64,000 nucleotides of DNA from an uncultured Phycisphaerales bacterium (lineage in GTDB: Bacteria > Planctomycetota > Phycisphaerae > Sedimentisphaerales > Anaerobacaceae), in the NCBI GenBank assembly GCA_963718665.1, contig OY970359.1:2336001-2400000 (forward strand), given 5' to 3'. The first letter of the stretch is position 1. Every line of letters starts with the position of its first letter. Shown here in pieces: positions 9,091-18,001 of this stretch. The translations under genes were made by a program, and so were the position numbers. Below the pieces are notes generated by a model. The model was not told the origin of the DNA, did not search any database, and saw nothing but the letters and a program-made list of their open reading frames with translations.

Positions 9091-10590
9091 ATGCGATATA
9101 GAATAATTCTGCTAATTCTCCTGTTTCTGGCGACCAACTGTTGTTTTGCCGCAACTATTGTAGATGAAGCGGGTTTACGGGCGGCTGCGGCTACAGCAGG
9201 AAATAATACTATCAAGGCTAATACGACTTACGCACTAACTGATATCTGTCTTTTTAAGGGCAGTGTAACAGATGGTAATATGTCTTTCACCGTCGATACA
9301 TCGGCGGGTGATGGAAACGTTGAGATAACGAATGACGGGACTCCCAGGTCGGTGCAGGTTTGTGCGCACGCCCATAATGTGCCGATAATAATAACTTTTA
9401 CAGGCACGGCGGCAAGCCCCATTGTTTTTAATAGTAATACTGGTGTTCCTCTTCAGGTAAGCGAAGTCTATGGGGATTGGAACGACACTATGATAACGGC
9501 AACCTTTAATTACTGTTATTTTAAAGGACAACTTAGTGCCGGCGATGGTTTTAACGTGGGCGGGGCGGTTGTAAACCCTGTTGCTTTGGTTTTTAATAAC
9601 TGCAAGGCGTTCAACAATACCGGAGATGGTTTTTCGTTTTTAGCGGATAACGGGACTCCTATCAAAACGATGGTGCTGAATAATTGTGCTTCTTATTGGA
9701 ACAACAACATTAATAATGGCGGTGGTGGCACAAGCGGGTTGGGTGCGGGTGATGGCGTTACCGCCCATTCACCAAATCAAACAATAATTATGAATAACGG
9801 GAATTTTTATCAAAATGGCAAAAGCGGTATAGCCATTGTCGGCGGGGGGACGTTAATCGTTCACGATGCCAACATTTATGATAACGGCTATGCAGAACTT
9901 GTAAATAATAATGGCTATCAGGTTTATATGGAGGGAACATCCGCTCACCAGGGCGTTTGTCAGATTTATCATTCAAATATCTATAATGAAGTTGCTATTG
10001 CCCAAGCCCAACCGCTTGGCTTCGCTAATATGAATGTAACTCTGCACAATAATATAATCGATGCTGCAAACTGTAATGTCAACGACCCCGCTATAGCCAT
10101 CGATGGTAATTGTTCAGTGAATTTCAGGGGCAATATCTTCAAAAATAACAGGACATTGTATAATTATTTCATAAACGGCTCGCTGCTTTCCTCTGGCGAG
10201 ATTGCCAACAATGATTTTATCAATAACGTTCGGGATGTCAATATGGCAACACCTGCCCTGCAACTTTACAATAATATCTTCTTTAAAATGGCGGGCGATG
10301 CCAATGCTATTAACTGTTTTACAACAAATGCATACACCAATAGTTGCGGTGGCTATAATTGTTTTTATGGTTTGGCGACTGCCACTAATTATTTCAAAGG
10401 TGATAACGGCCTGAAAACGACCGATATTATAGCAAATCCATTATTCAAAGACAAAGATGCAAATGACTTCAGTTTATGGGGTTCTTCATACTGTATAAAT
10501 AGGGGTATGTCTACTCAGAGTGGTGGCTCATCAACCATCGGTGCTTGGCAACCAAAAAAGCAAAATAGCTCTGTAATACTGGCAAAATAA
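9091..10590 (+). CDS. Secreted right-handed parallel beta-helix (pectin-lyase-like) protein
   Basis: Signal peptide MRYRIILLILLFLA, Asn/Gly-rich repeats, C-terminal NPLF.D....DFSL...S.CIN.G...IGAW; AT-rich. Confidence 0.75.
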   Translation: MRYRIILLILLFLATNCCFAATIVDEAGLRAAAATAGNNTIKANTTYALTDICLFKGSVTDGNMSFTVDTSAGDGNVEITNDGTPRSVQVCAHAHNVPIIITFTGTAASPIVFNSNTGVPLQVSEVYGDWNDTMITATFNYCYFKGQLSAGDGFNVGGAVVNPVALVFNNCKAFNNTGDGFSFLADNGTPIKTMVLNNCASYWNNNINNGGGGTSGLGAGDGVTAHSPNQTIIMNNGNFYQNGKSGIAIVGGGTLIVHDANIYDNGYAELVNNNGYQVYMEGTSAHQGVCQIYHSNIYNEVAIAQAQPLGFANMNVTLHNNIIDAANCNVNDPAIAIDGNCSVNFRGNIFKNNRTLYNYFINGSLLSSGEIANNDFINNVRDVNMATPALQLYNNIFFKMAGDANAINCFTTNAYTNSCGGYNCFYGLATATNYFKGDNGLKTTDIIANPLFKDKDANDFSLWGSSYCINRGMSTQSGGSSTIGAWQPKKQNSSVILAK

Positions 10591-10690
10591 GGCGTTCTAC
10601 TTTAGATGCACATTAAATAAACGAGCAGAACAAACTTTTACAGGAATTAAATTCGAGAAAGTGAAATATAAAACGCTCATTGATTTTAAT

Positions 10691-11735
10691 TTGCTCTGTA
10701 GAAAAGATTGAAGCATAAGGTTTAGTCATGGCGATAAGTGTTAATAATAACAATAACTTAGGTTTCAGCCATAAACCGCGTTGGAAAGGATTCCACGATG
10801 GCCAAACACGGAGTTATGACCAAATCACCTGTTATGCTGGCAAAGCAGGCACTTCAGACAGCCACAACGGCACTCTCGCCATATTCAGCCAATCGCTCAC
10901 GCCACGATTTTACACAGGCACAGTTGTTCGCCATTTTGACTCTGCGACAGTTTTTTCAAACCGACTATCGTGGGATTGTACAGTTGCTGGCGGACTTCAC
11001 GGACTTGAGAGCTGCGATTGGGTTGTCAAAAATTCCTCACTACACTACCCTTCAAAAAGCACAGCAACGTCTGCTAAAAAAAGGGCTTGGGACAAGCTGT
11101 TAGCCGCCATTTTCAGTATTGCCAGCCGCGATGGCTTAATCGAGGAACGCCCCGAGGCATCCATTGATTCGACGGGGCTGGAAAGCCGGTTTGTCAGCCG
11201 ACATTTTCTAATGCGTCAAGGCAAACATACCCAGCAATATCGCCGATGGACAAAACTTACGGTTGTCTGCCACAATGCCAGCCATCTGATTGCTGCCGGC
11301 TTGGTCAGCACTGGTCCCAGCAATGATTGTTCCTACCTTATGCCGGCAGTTTCCCAGGCGGTAACTAATCTGCCTATAGACCGGCTTTTGGGTGATGCAG
11401 GATATGACGCAGAAGCCAACCATAAATTCTGTCGTCAGTATCTCGGCATCCGCTCGACGATTATCGCTATCAACAACCGACGAGGTAAAAAAGGCGAGCT
11501 TACAGGCCATTACCGAAATCAAATGAAGAATAACTTCCCGAAACGTAAGTTTGGTCAGCGATGGCAAGTTGAGAGTGTTATGTCTCGCATGAAACGTCGT
11601 CTTGGCTACGCCCTTCGTAGCCGAACGAATGAATCTCGCAGTACCGAGTGCGTCATGAGAGTTCTGACCTACAACCTGATGCTTCTCTATTTACTTTTCA
11701 TAAAGAACTTTTAATTAAAGGTTTCTACAAAGCAA
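10691..11735 (+). mobile_element. IS5-like DDE insertion sequence
   Basis: 14-bp terminal inverted repeats with 1 mismatch, TTGCTCTGTAGAAA (10691) and TTTCTACAAAGCAA (11722-35), flanking the transposase. Confidence 0.85.
10798..11714 (+). CDS. IS5-family transposase, two ORFs joined by a -1 frameshift
   Basis: orfA has PHYTTLQK; orfB has IDSTG, GDAGYD and RWQVES...KR. A7 run at 11076-82 at the junction. Confidence 0.85.
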
Positions 11736-11996
11736 TGTGATATTTGCAAAGAAGTTGTTAAAGGTGAATGCAAAACCTGCCACTTCACGAATGAACACCC
11801 CAACGAAGCCTCTCCGTAAGGCTGTGAAGATAACCGTAAAAACATCTGTTATTTTCACGGCTTTTCACACCTAACAAAAATTATTCCTAGTGTAAGTTTC
11901 TATTTTACATAGACTTCCTGCTCCTGCCATCAAGTGTGAATTTCGCATTCCCATACTCTACAAAGACCATCGAATGTTTTTTTACAGGATCTGAAT

Positions 11997-12212
11997 ATGA
12001 GGACATTATTGAGAGTGCCGGATTTAATTGAGGCTATCGAGCCGCTTGTTGGGACTAGGATTGTTGCCGATGATGTTTTCAGGCTCATCGGTAGTGGCGA
12101 CATAAAGCCTTTGGGTGTTGTCCAGAGGACGCCGGTATTCGACCTCGACCAAATTGCGGGCATAGCAGAAGTGATTAGACAGGCGGCAAAGGGGGACAAC
12201 GATGACCGTTGA
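11997..12212 (+). CDS. Small putative DNA-binding protein of the integrative element
   Basis: 71 aa, overlaps the next gene, weak excisionase-like pattern. Confidence 0.5.
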   Translation: MRTLLRVPDLIEAIEPLVGTRIVADDVFRLIGSGDIKPLGVVQRTPVFDLDQIAGIAEVIRQAAKGDNDDR

Positions 12213-12501
12213 CCGGCAGACCATAGCCCCGGCACCGCTTGTTTCTGACAGTATCCCGCCGCTTTTGGTCGATAGCCGCAGGGCCTCGCGCCTTTGTGGA
12301 ATTTCCCGTTCGTCCTGGTATTCGCTATTAAGTGCAGGCCGCATAGGGCCGCCAACGATTAAGCTGAATGGCCGGTGCTTATATAGTGTTTCGGATTTGA
12401 CGGAATGGGTCGCGTCGCGAAATCCTGAAACCGGCCTTCTACCGACACGTGAACAATGGATTGCGAGGCAAAGGCCGGAGGGAGCAAAAAGATGCCTTTA
12501 A
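12202..12501 (+). CDS. AlpA/excisionase-like HTH protein
   Basis: ASRLCGISRSSWY...P..IKLNGR.LY...L.EW. Confidence 0.8.
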   Translation: MTVDRQTIAPAPLVSDSIPPLLVDSRRASRLCGISRSSWYSLLSAGRIGPPTIKLNGRCLYSVSDLTEWVASRNPETGLLPTREQWIARQRPEGAKRCL

Positions 12502-12920
12502 TGGAATATCAAACATTCAATTTCCGGCCCGCTTCTATTGAGATTATCAAAAAGGCAAATTCGATAATCACCGCATACCAGGCCAACGGCTATGATTTGA
12601 CGCTCCGGCAGCTTTACTACCGGTTTGTTGCACGTGCCCTTAGACGAATCGCCCTGAATATGGAGCAAGTCCAACAATACAAACCACCGCCAAATTTTGC
12701 CAAACTGACTGACACTCGATGCAGTGATTATATTGCCGGGTATGGCCGTGAGTCGTGGGAGTTAGATGCACTTGACCCGAAAGTAATCTGGGAACTAATC
12801 GGTTGCGAGGTTAACAGACTTACGGACCGAACCAATCGGCAACAATTGATTGACCTACAGGAATCAGACAAACAGAAGCTTGCCTACCTTTCAGACCACT
12901 GGGAGGAAATAGGGATATGA
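12492..12920 (+). pseudogene. Phage-type Topo VI-A/Toprim-like protein with an internal in-frame deletion
   Basis: LTLRQLYY.FV is joined directly to RIALN.EQV..Y.PPPN.AK.TD.R...SWELDAL; the central EKD/DxD region is absent. Confidence 0.6.
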
Positions 12921-14140
12921 GCCAACCAAACGAAAATACGCTCTTAAAAGCCGCTTTGGAATATCACCAGCGCGGGTGGTGTATCTTTCCCGTGGTACAC
13001 GGCACGAAAAAGAAACCCTGTATCAAGTGGAAAAAGTACCAGCAGCAGCGCCCTGATGAAAACACCATCCGGGGGTGGTTTAATGGCGGGAAAAAGAACA
13101 TAGCGGTTGTGTTCGGTAAAGTATCAGGTGGCCTTGCCTGCCGTGATTTTGACACGATGCCAGAGTATGAACTTTGGGCAGGAAACCACCCAGACCTTGC
13201 AAAGATATTGCCGACAGTACAGACAGCAAGGGGTAGGCACGTTTACTTTGAGCAGAAGCAAGTTGAAGGTAGTAAAAAAGTGTCAGCCGGTGAGCTTAAA
13301 TGCAGCAAATGTTATTGTTTGCTTCCCCCATCATTACACCCGTCAGGTTCAATTTATCAATGGCTCATACCCCCGAATGATGAACTGCCTGAATTATCAC
13401 TAAAAGATTTCGATATAGCAGACTTTACAGAAGAGACAGAAGAAGTAGAGGAGACAGAAGAACCTGATGACAGTGAAGATATTGAAGCAATAAAGATTGC
13501 TTCTGTCTCCTCTGTTTCCTCAGGCTCTTCTGTTTCCTCTGTCTCCTCTGTAAACGATAGTGTTATTGTTTTTGAAAATCTTGATGTTAAAGTAAAAAAT
13601 TATGTCAACACCGCTATAAAATGCACAAGACCCAATAAAGAAGGGTATCGAAACTTTTTGATTTTTCAGTTTTGCCGGTGGTTAAAAGGCAACGCTGAAT
13701 TTGAAAAATGCCAGGCCGGACAGTTAAAACCGCTGGTCAGACTTTGGCACGAAAAGGCATTGCCGACAATTGGGACAAAACCGTTTGACGAGACCTGGGC
13801 TGATTTCTGCTATGGGTGGACACGGGTGAAATATCCTAAAGGCAGCGGTGAGCTAAAGATTGCGGTAGAAAAGGCATTAAATGCGCAAAAAAATCTTGCC
13901 GCTGAAGAACTTTACGAAATATCGGAAGTAAAGCTTTTGGTACGGGTTTGCTATGAACTTCAGGCATTGCGCAAAACCGAACCGTTCTGGTTGTCTTGGA
14001 ATGACGCTGCTTTGATATTAGGCGTAACGAAACCGACAGTGGGCAAATGGCTGAGTATGCTTGAAGCTGACGGAGTTATCAAAAAGGTTGCCGAATATAC
14101 TGCTAAACGAGCGGTGCGATATAAATTTATTGCGAAATAA
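12917..14140 (+). CDS. Bifunctional DNA primase/polymerase (Prim-Pol) replication protein with C-terminal HTH
   Basis: ALEYH.RGW.IFPV...KKP...WK.YQ, NIA...G..SG.L...DFD, T.RG.H.YF and PPS.HPSG..Y.W motifs. Confidence 0.88.
   Translation: MSQPNENTLLKAALEYHQRGWCIFPVVHGTKKKPCIKWKKYQQQRPDENTIRGWFNGGKKNIAVVFGKVSGGLACRDFDTMPEYELWAGNHPDLAKILPTVQTARGRHVYFEQKQVEGSKKVSAGELKCSKCYCLLPPSLHPSGSIYQWLIPPNDELPELSLKDFDIADFTEETEEVEETEEPDDSEDIEAIKIASVSSVSSGSSVSSVSSVNDSVIVFENLDVKVKNYVNTAIKCTRPNKEGYRNFLIFQFCRWLKGNAEFEKCQAGQLKPLVRLWHEKALPTIGTKPFDETWADFCYGWTRVKYPKGSGELKIAVEKALNAQKNLAAEELYEISEVKLLVRVCYELQALRKTEPFWLSWNDAALILGVTKPTVGKWLSMLEADGVIKKVAEYTAKRAVRYKFIAK
13424..13554. repeat. Inverted 9-bp iteron array inside prim-pol
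   Basis: ACAGA(A/G)GA(A/G) units on the left and their reverse complements on the right, around GAAGCAAT-aaag-ATTGCTTC. Confidence 0.8.
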
Positions 14141-14151
14141 AAAATATGTGC

Positions 14152-14179
14152 TTGACAATATAGCAAGTATGTGTATGAT
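14152..14179 (+). promoter_or_regulatory. Sigma70 promoter for XRE-integrase
   Basis: TTGACA, 16 bp spacer, TATGAT with TGn. Confidence 0.6.
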
Positions 14180-14185
14180 TGAGGT

Positions 14186-14392
14186 GTGATTTTGGAACGT
14201 ATAGCAGAAGCCATTGAAAAGTCGGGTAAGACCAGATACCAGATTGCACAAGAAACGGGTATCGACCAGGCGGTGCTTTGCAGGGTAGTTTCTGGTGGCA
14301 GTTGCGGCACAAAAACCGCCGATCTTCTTTGCAAGTATTTGGGGCTGGAGCTTACGCCGAAGAAGCTAAAACGAAAGGCAGGCGCAAAATGA
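14186..14392 (+). CDS. XRE/Cro-like HTH regulator
   Basis: SGKTRYQIAQETGIDQAVL.R...TAD.LC.YLGLEL. Confidence 0.85.
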   Translation: MILERIAEAIEKSGKTRYQIAQETGIDQAVLCRVVSGGSCGTKTADLLCKYLGLELTPKKLKRKAGAK

Positions 14393-15860
14393 GAGTTTTC
14401 AGAACATCATACAGAGACAAAGGCGGGGAATTCCACGAAGTCAAAAACTACTACGTCGAGCTGCGGGACCATTTAGGAACCGTTCGGCGTTTTCCGGCCT
14501 TTGTTGATAAAATGGCGTCCGCGGCGCTTGGCCGACAGATAGAACGGCTTGTATCTTGGAAGGTTGCAGGTGAACAGCCGACACCGGAATTGACACGCTG
14601 GCTTGAGGGAACGCCACAGAGTTTGAGAAAACGGTTTGCAAAGATAGGACTTCTCGATGCTGAACGTGCAACCGGTGGACAGCCCGTTGCCAAAGTCGTC
14701 AAGATAGGAAATAAAGAGGTTTTGAAAGATTGTTTGCTTGCCGACTTTGAGCGTTCGTTGCTGGCCGGTGGAGATACGGTTGCACAGGTCGAACTAACCG
14801 TTGGCAGGTGCAGGCGGATTGTCGAAAAATGCAGGTTTGCTGCGTGGACGGATATATCGGCAGACGCCGTGAGCCGCTATATTGAGAATTTACAAGGCAA
14901 AGACGGTTTGAGCAAGAGGACGGCAAACCATTATCTGCGGTCAATAAAGCACTTCTGCCGGTGGATGGTTAAGCAGCGAAGGGCAAGCGAGTCACCCTTG
15001 GCACAACCTTGACTGCGTGTCCGTCGAAACAGGCGATATACGACACGGACGACGGGCACTTGAGCCGGACGAGATTCGCCGATTGTTAGAGGCAACGGCA
15101 ACACAGCCGATGCGTTATGGTCTGACAGGGCGGGAGAGGATTTTGTTGTATCGGCTGGCAGTTGAAACGGGTTTGCGACGAAACGAGTTACGTTCTTTGA
15201 AGGTGTTGTCGTTCGACTTTGAGGGCTGCACAGTCACGGTTGAAGCGCAGCATACAAAAAATGGCAAGCTGGCCGTGTTGCCTTTGAGGGTGAATACGGC
15301 GGCGGAGCTAAGGCAATTTGTAGCTGGTAAGCCGCCGAATACGCAAGTTTTCAAGGTCCCGGGCGCGACTGCAAAGATGTTCAGGATTGATTTGAAGGCT
15401 GCTGGTATCGACTACGTTGATGAATCAGGGCGGTATACGGACTTTCCACTCACTGCGACACACCACAGGGACGCTATTGGCTGCTGCCGGTGTTCACCCG
15501 AAAACGGCGCAGACCCTTATGCGACATAGCGATATAAATCTGACAATGAGCCGATACACGCACACGCTGACCGGTCAAGAATCCAGAGCGGTTGAAAGTT
15601 TGCCGGACCTGTCCACGCCGAGCCGACAATCACAGCGGGCGGTTGCTACGGGGACAGATGGGAAAAACTTGGTGCGTTTCTTGGCGCTTGATACCGGAAA
15701 ACATCTGACTACATCGGACACGGTTGGACAGGAAAACCGCATTGTCGATAGTAAAAACGCATTATCTACTGCGCCCGGCCAGATTCGAACTGACGACCTC
15801 CGGTTTAGGAAACCGGCGCTCTATCCTACTGAGCTACGGGCGCGACCGCCCCTATTATAG
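14389..15860 (+). pseudogene. Tyrosine integrase split by two frameshifts
   Basis: Fragments 14389..15012, 15017..15529 (TGLRRNEL, TKN) and 15417..15860 (FHSLRHT, MRHSDI.LTM.RYTH). Shifts near 15008 and 15446. Confidence 0.88.
15770..15843 (-). tRNA. tRNA-Arg(CCT)
   Basis: GCGCCCG/CGGGCGC acceptor stem, anticodon arm CCGGT-TTCCTAA-ACCGG, TTCGAAT T-loop. CCA not encoded. Confidence 0.96.
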
Positions 15861-15919
15861 GGGAAAGCGAGTTTTTTTGAAGAAGAAAAAGTAGAGCTTG
15901 GTATGTTTCAAGTAAAATT

Positions 15920-15950
15920 AAAGAAGCCGGCTATAATACCGGCTTCTTTT
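15920..15950. terminator. Intrinsic terminator
   Basis: AAGAAGCCGG-N8-CCGGCTTCTTTT. Confidence 0.75.
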
Positions 15951-15970
15951 GGTTGTTGTGTTGCCTGCCG

Positions 15971-16549
15971 CTAATAGATTATAGCGGTTGCTTCTTCAAT
16001 TTTGCGGACGACCTCGGAAACGTCCGCGGGCATAGAAACATACCCGTCAAACCCTTTCTGCAGTAATGCCGCTGCTTCACCTCCTCCCAGGTGATTCACA
16101 AGGGCGATTACCTTGATGGTCTGCAGCTCTTCGTCCGACCGGATATTCCTGCATATAGCCTCTGCGTCGATGTCCGTTGCCAGCAGGTTCACAAGCAAAA
16201 CGTGCGGCTCGAATCTTTGGACCGCGGTTCCCGTCTCAAAGTTGTTTTTCGCAATGCTCACTTCGTAGTCCGATTTGGCCTTCAGCGTCTCCGCCAGTTT
16301 TGATGCCGACTCGACATTGCTATCGACTATAACAACCCGCATTTTGCCGACGGGAACCGCCGGCACCGGCATATTATTCTGCTTCATAAACCGAATCAGT
16401 TCGTTAACTGGTATCCGTCGGTCTTTGCTTCCCGGTATCCTGTAGCCCTTCAACTGCCCGCTGTCGAACCATTTAGACACTGTTCTCGGCGCGACGTTGC
16501 AAATCTTCGCTACATCACCTGTCGTTAATACGTTCTTGCCTTTTGCCAT
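15971..16549 (-). CDS. Excisionase-type HTH + receiver domain regulator
   Basis: LTTGDVAKICNVAPRTVSKWFDSG.LKGYRIPGS.DRRIP followed by a degenerate receiver domain. Confidence 0.9.
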   Translation of the reverse strand: MAKGKNVLTTGDVAKICNVAPRTVSKWFDSGQLKGYRIPGSKDRRIPVNELIRFMKQNNMPVPAVPVGKMRVVIVDSNVESASKLAETLKAKSDYEVSIAKNNFETGTAVQRFEPHVLLVNLLATDIDAEAICRNIRSDEELQTIKVIALVNHLGGGEAAALLQKGFDGYVSMPADVSEVVRKIEEATAIIY

Positions 16550-16810
16550 TTTTATATTCCTCTTCAGGAGTGGTTTTTTGCCACTTGCACGTGATTTATC
16601 GGCTTTACCATATATGCCGTTTAGGACAACCGCCCCATTTCCAAGCCGTATTACTGATATTGGCCTTCGCCTCTATTACTACGTCCTATAAGCCGAAACA
16701 GTTCCTGACGGCAAAAATAGGGCGGGCAGAAAGTATTTGGCAAATTTGGGTCTGAACAGTAAAATCCATCTTTTCGTATAACCTGCATTTGATGCTTTAA
16801 GGAGCCGTGT

Positions 16811-17929
16811 ATGCGTATATTTTTGTCTCGTCCTGACATTACTGACAGGGAAATTCAGGCAGTTACCGATGTGCTCAAAAGTTCAAACCTTTCACTTGGC
16901 CCGAAACTGGGCGAATTTGAGCAGGCCTTCGCTAAATATATTGGCAGGAAACGAGCAGTCGCTGTCAACAGCGGAACAAGCGGCCTGTATCTTTGTATGC
17001 TTACCCTGGGTATCGGGCCGGGTGACGAGGTAATCACAACGCCGTTTACCTTCATCTCCACTTCCAACGTTGTGCTTATGGCGGGGGCCAAACCCGTCTT
17101 TGTTGATATTGACCCGGTAACTTTGAACATCGACCCGGATAAAATTGAACAGAAGATAACAAAAAAAACGAAAGCGATTATTCCTATTGAGGCCTTTGGC
17201 AGTCCCGCTGGCTTCGATAAATTTCGCCGGATTGCCGACAAGCACAAACTCGCCTTTGTCGAGGATAGTTGCGAGGCCCTCGGTTCCGCGTTAAATGGCA
17301 AAAAAGCCGGCACTTTCGGCGATATTTGCGTCTTCGCGTTTTACCCCAATAAGCAAATTACCACCGGCGAGGGCGGCATCATTCTTACCGACGATGATAA
17401 ACCTGCGGATATGTGTATCTCGTTGCGTAATCAGGGCAGGGCGGCGGGTGGTAGCTGGCTCAGCCACGTGCGGCTGGGCTATAATTATCGCCTCAGCGAT
17501 ATCAACTGCGCCCTGGGTATCGTGCAGCTTTCAAGAATCGAGGAAATAAAACGCAAACGCAAACAGGTCGCCAAATGGTATCAGGAAAACCTTGCCGGCG
17601 ATGACCGCCTGATTGTTCCGACCGAACCCGCCGGCTGTGATACCAACTGGTTTGTCTTTGTTGTTCGCCTCGCAGACAGGTTTACTCGCCAGAATCGCGA
17701 AAATGTTTTGCAGACGATGCGCGACGCCGGCATACAGGTCAGCAACTATTTCACGCCCGTTCATCTCCAGGCGTTTATGGTCGAGCGTTTCGGCTTCAAG
17801 CCGGGCGATTTCCCCGTAACCGAGAAAATCGCCGAAAGGACCATAGCATTACCGTTCTACAATAATCTCAGCAAAGATGAAGTAGGTATTGTCTGCGATG
17901 AGCTTCGCCGAGCGATTGACAAACTTTAA
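16811..17929 (+). CDS. DegT/DnrJ/EryC1/StrS PLP aminotransferase
   Basis: AVNSGT, EDSCEALG, FYPNKQITTGEGG and GYNYR motifs. Confidence 0.95.
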   Translation: MRIFLSRPDITDREIQAVTDVLKSSNLSLGPKLGEFEQAFAKYIGRKRAVAVNSGTSGLYLCMLTLGIGPGDEVITTPFTFISTSNVVLMAGAKPVFVDIDPVTLNIDPDKIEQKITKKTKAIIPIEAFGSPAGFDKFRRIADKHKLAFVEDSCEALGSALNGKKAGTFGDICVFAFYPNKQITTGEGGIILTDDDKPADMCISLRNQGRAAGGSWLSHVRLGYNYRLSDINCALGIVQLSRIEEIKRKRKQVAKWYQENLAGDDRLIVPTEPAGCDTNWFVFVVRLADRFTRQNRENVLQTMRDAGIQVSNYFTPVHLQAFMVERFGFKPGDFPVTEKIAERTIALPFYNNLSKDEVGIVCDELRRAIDKL

Positions 17930-17949
17930 AAATTGCACTTACAGTGCAT

Positions 17950-17981
17950 AAAAAACGCCGTCCCTAAGGGACGGCGTTTTT
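17950..17981. terminator. Bidirectional terminator between convergent genes
   Basis: AAAAAACGCCGTCCC-taa-GGGACGGCGTTTTT. Confidence 0.85.
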
Positions 17982-18001
17982 GTATTTGGAAAGGATACGT
18001 A

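Noticed and set aside
10728..11070. N-terminal part of the 328-aa ORF as real protein
   Set aside because: The transposase N-terminus is in the other frame (10798..11103); this is only an open -1 frame.
7130..11990. CRISPR array or tracrRNA near the cas fragments
   Set aside because: I found no regularly spaced 28-37 bp direct repeats by eye anywhere in the window.
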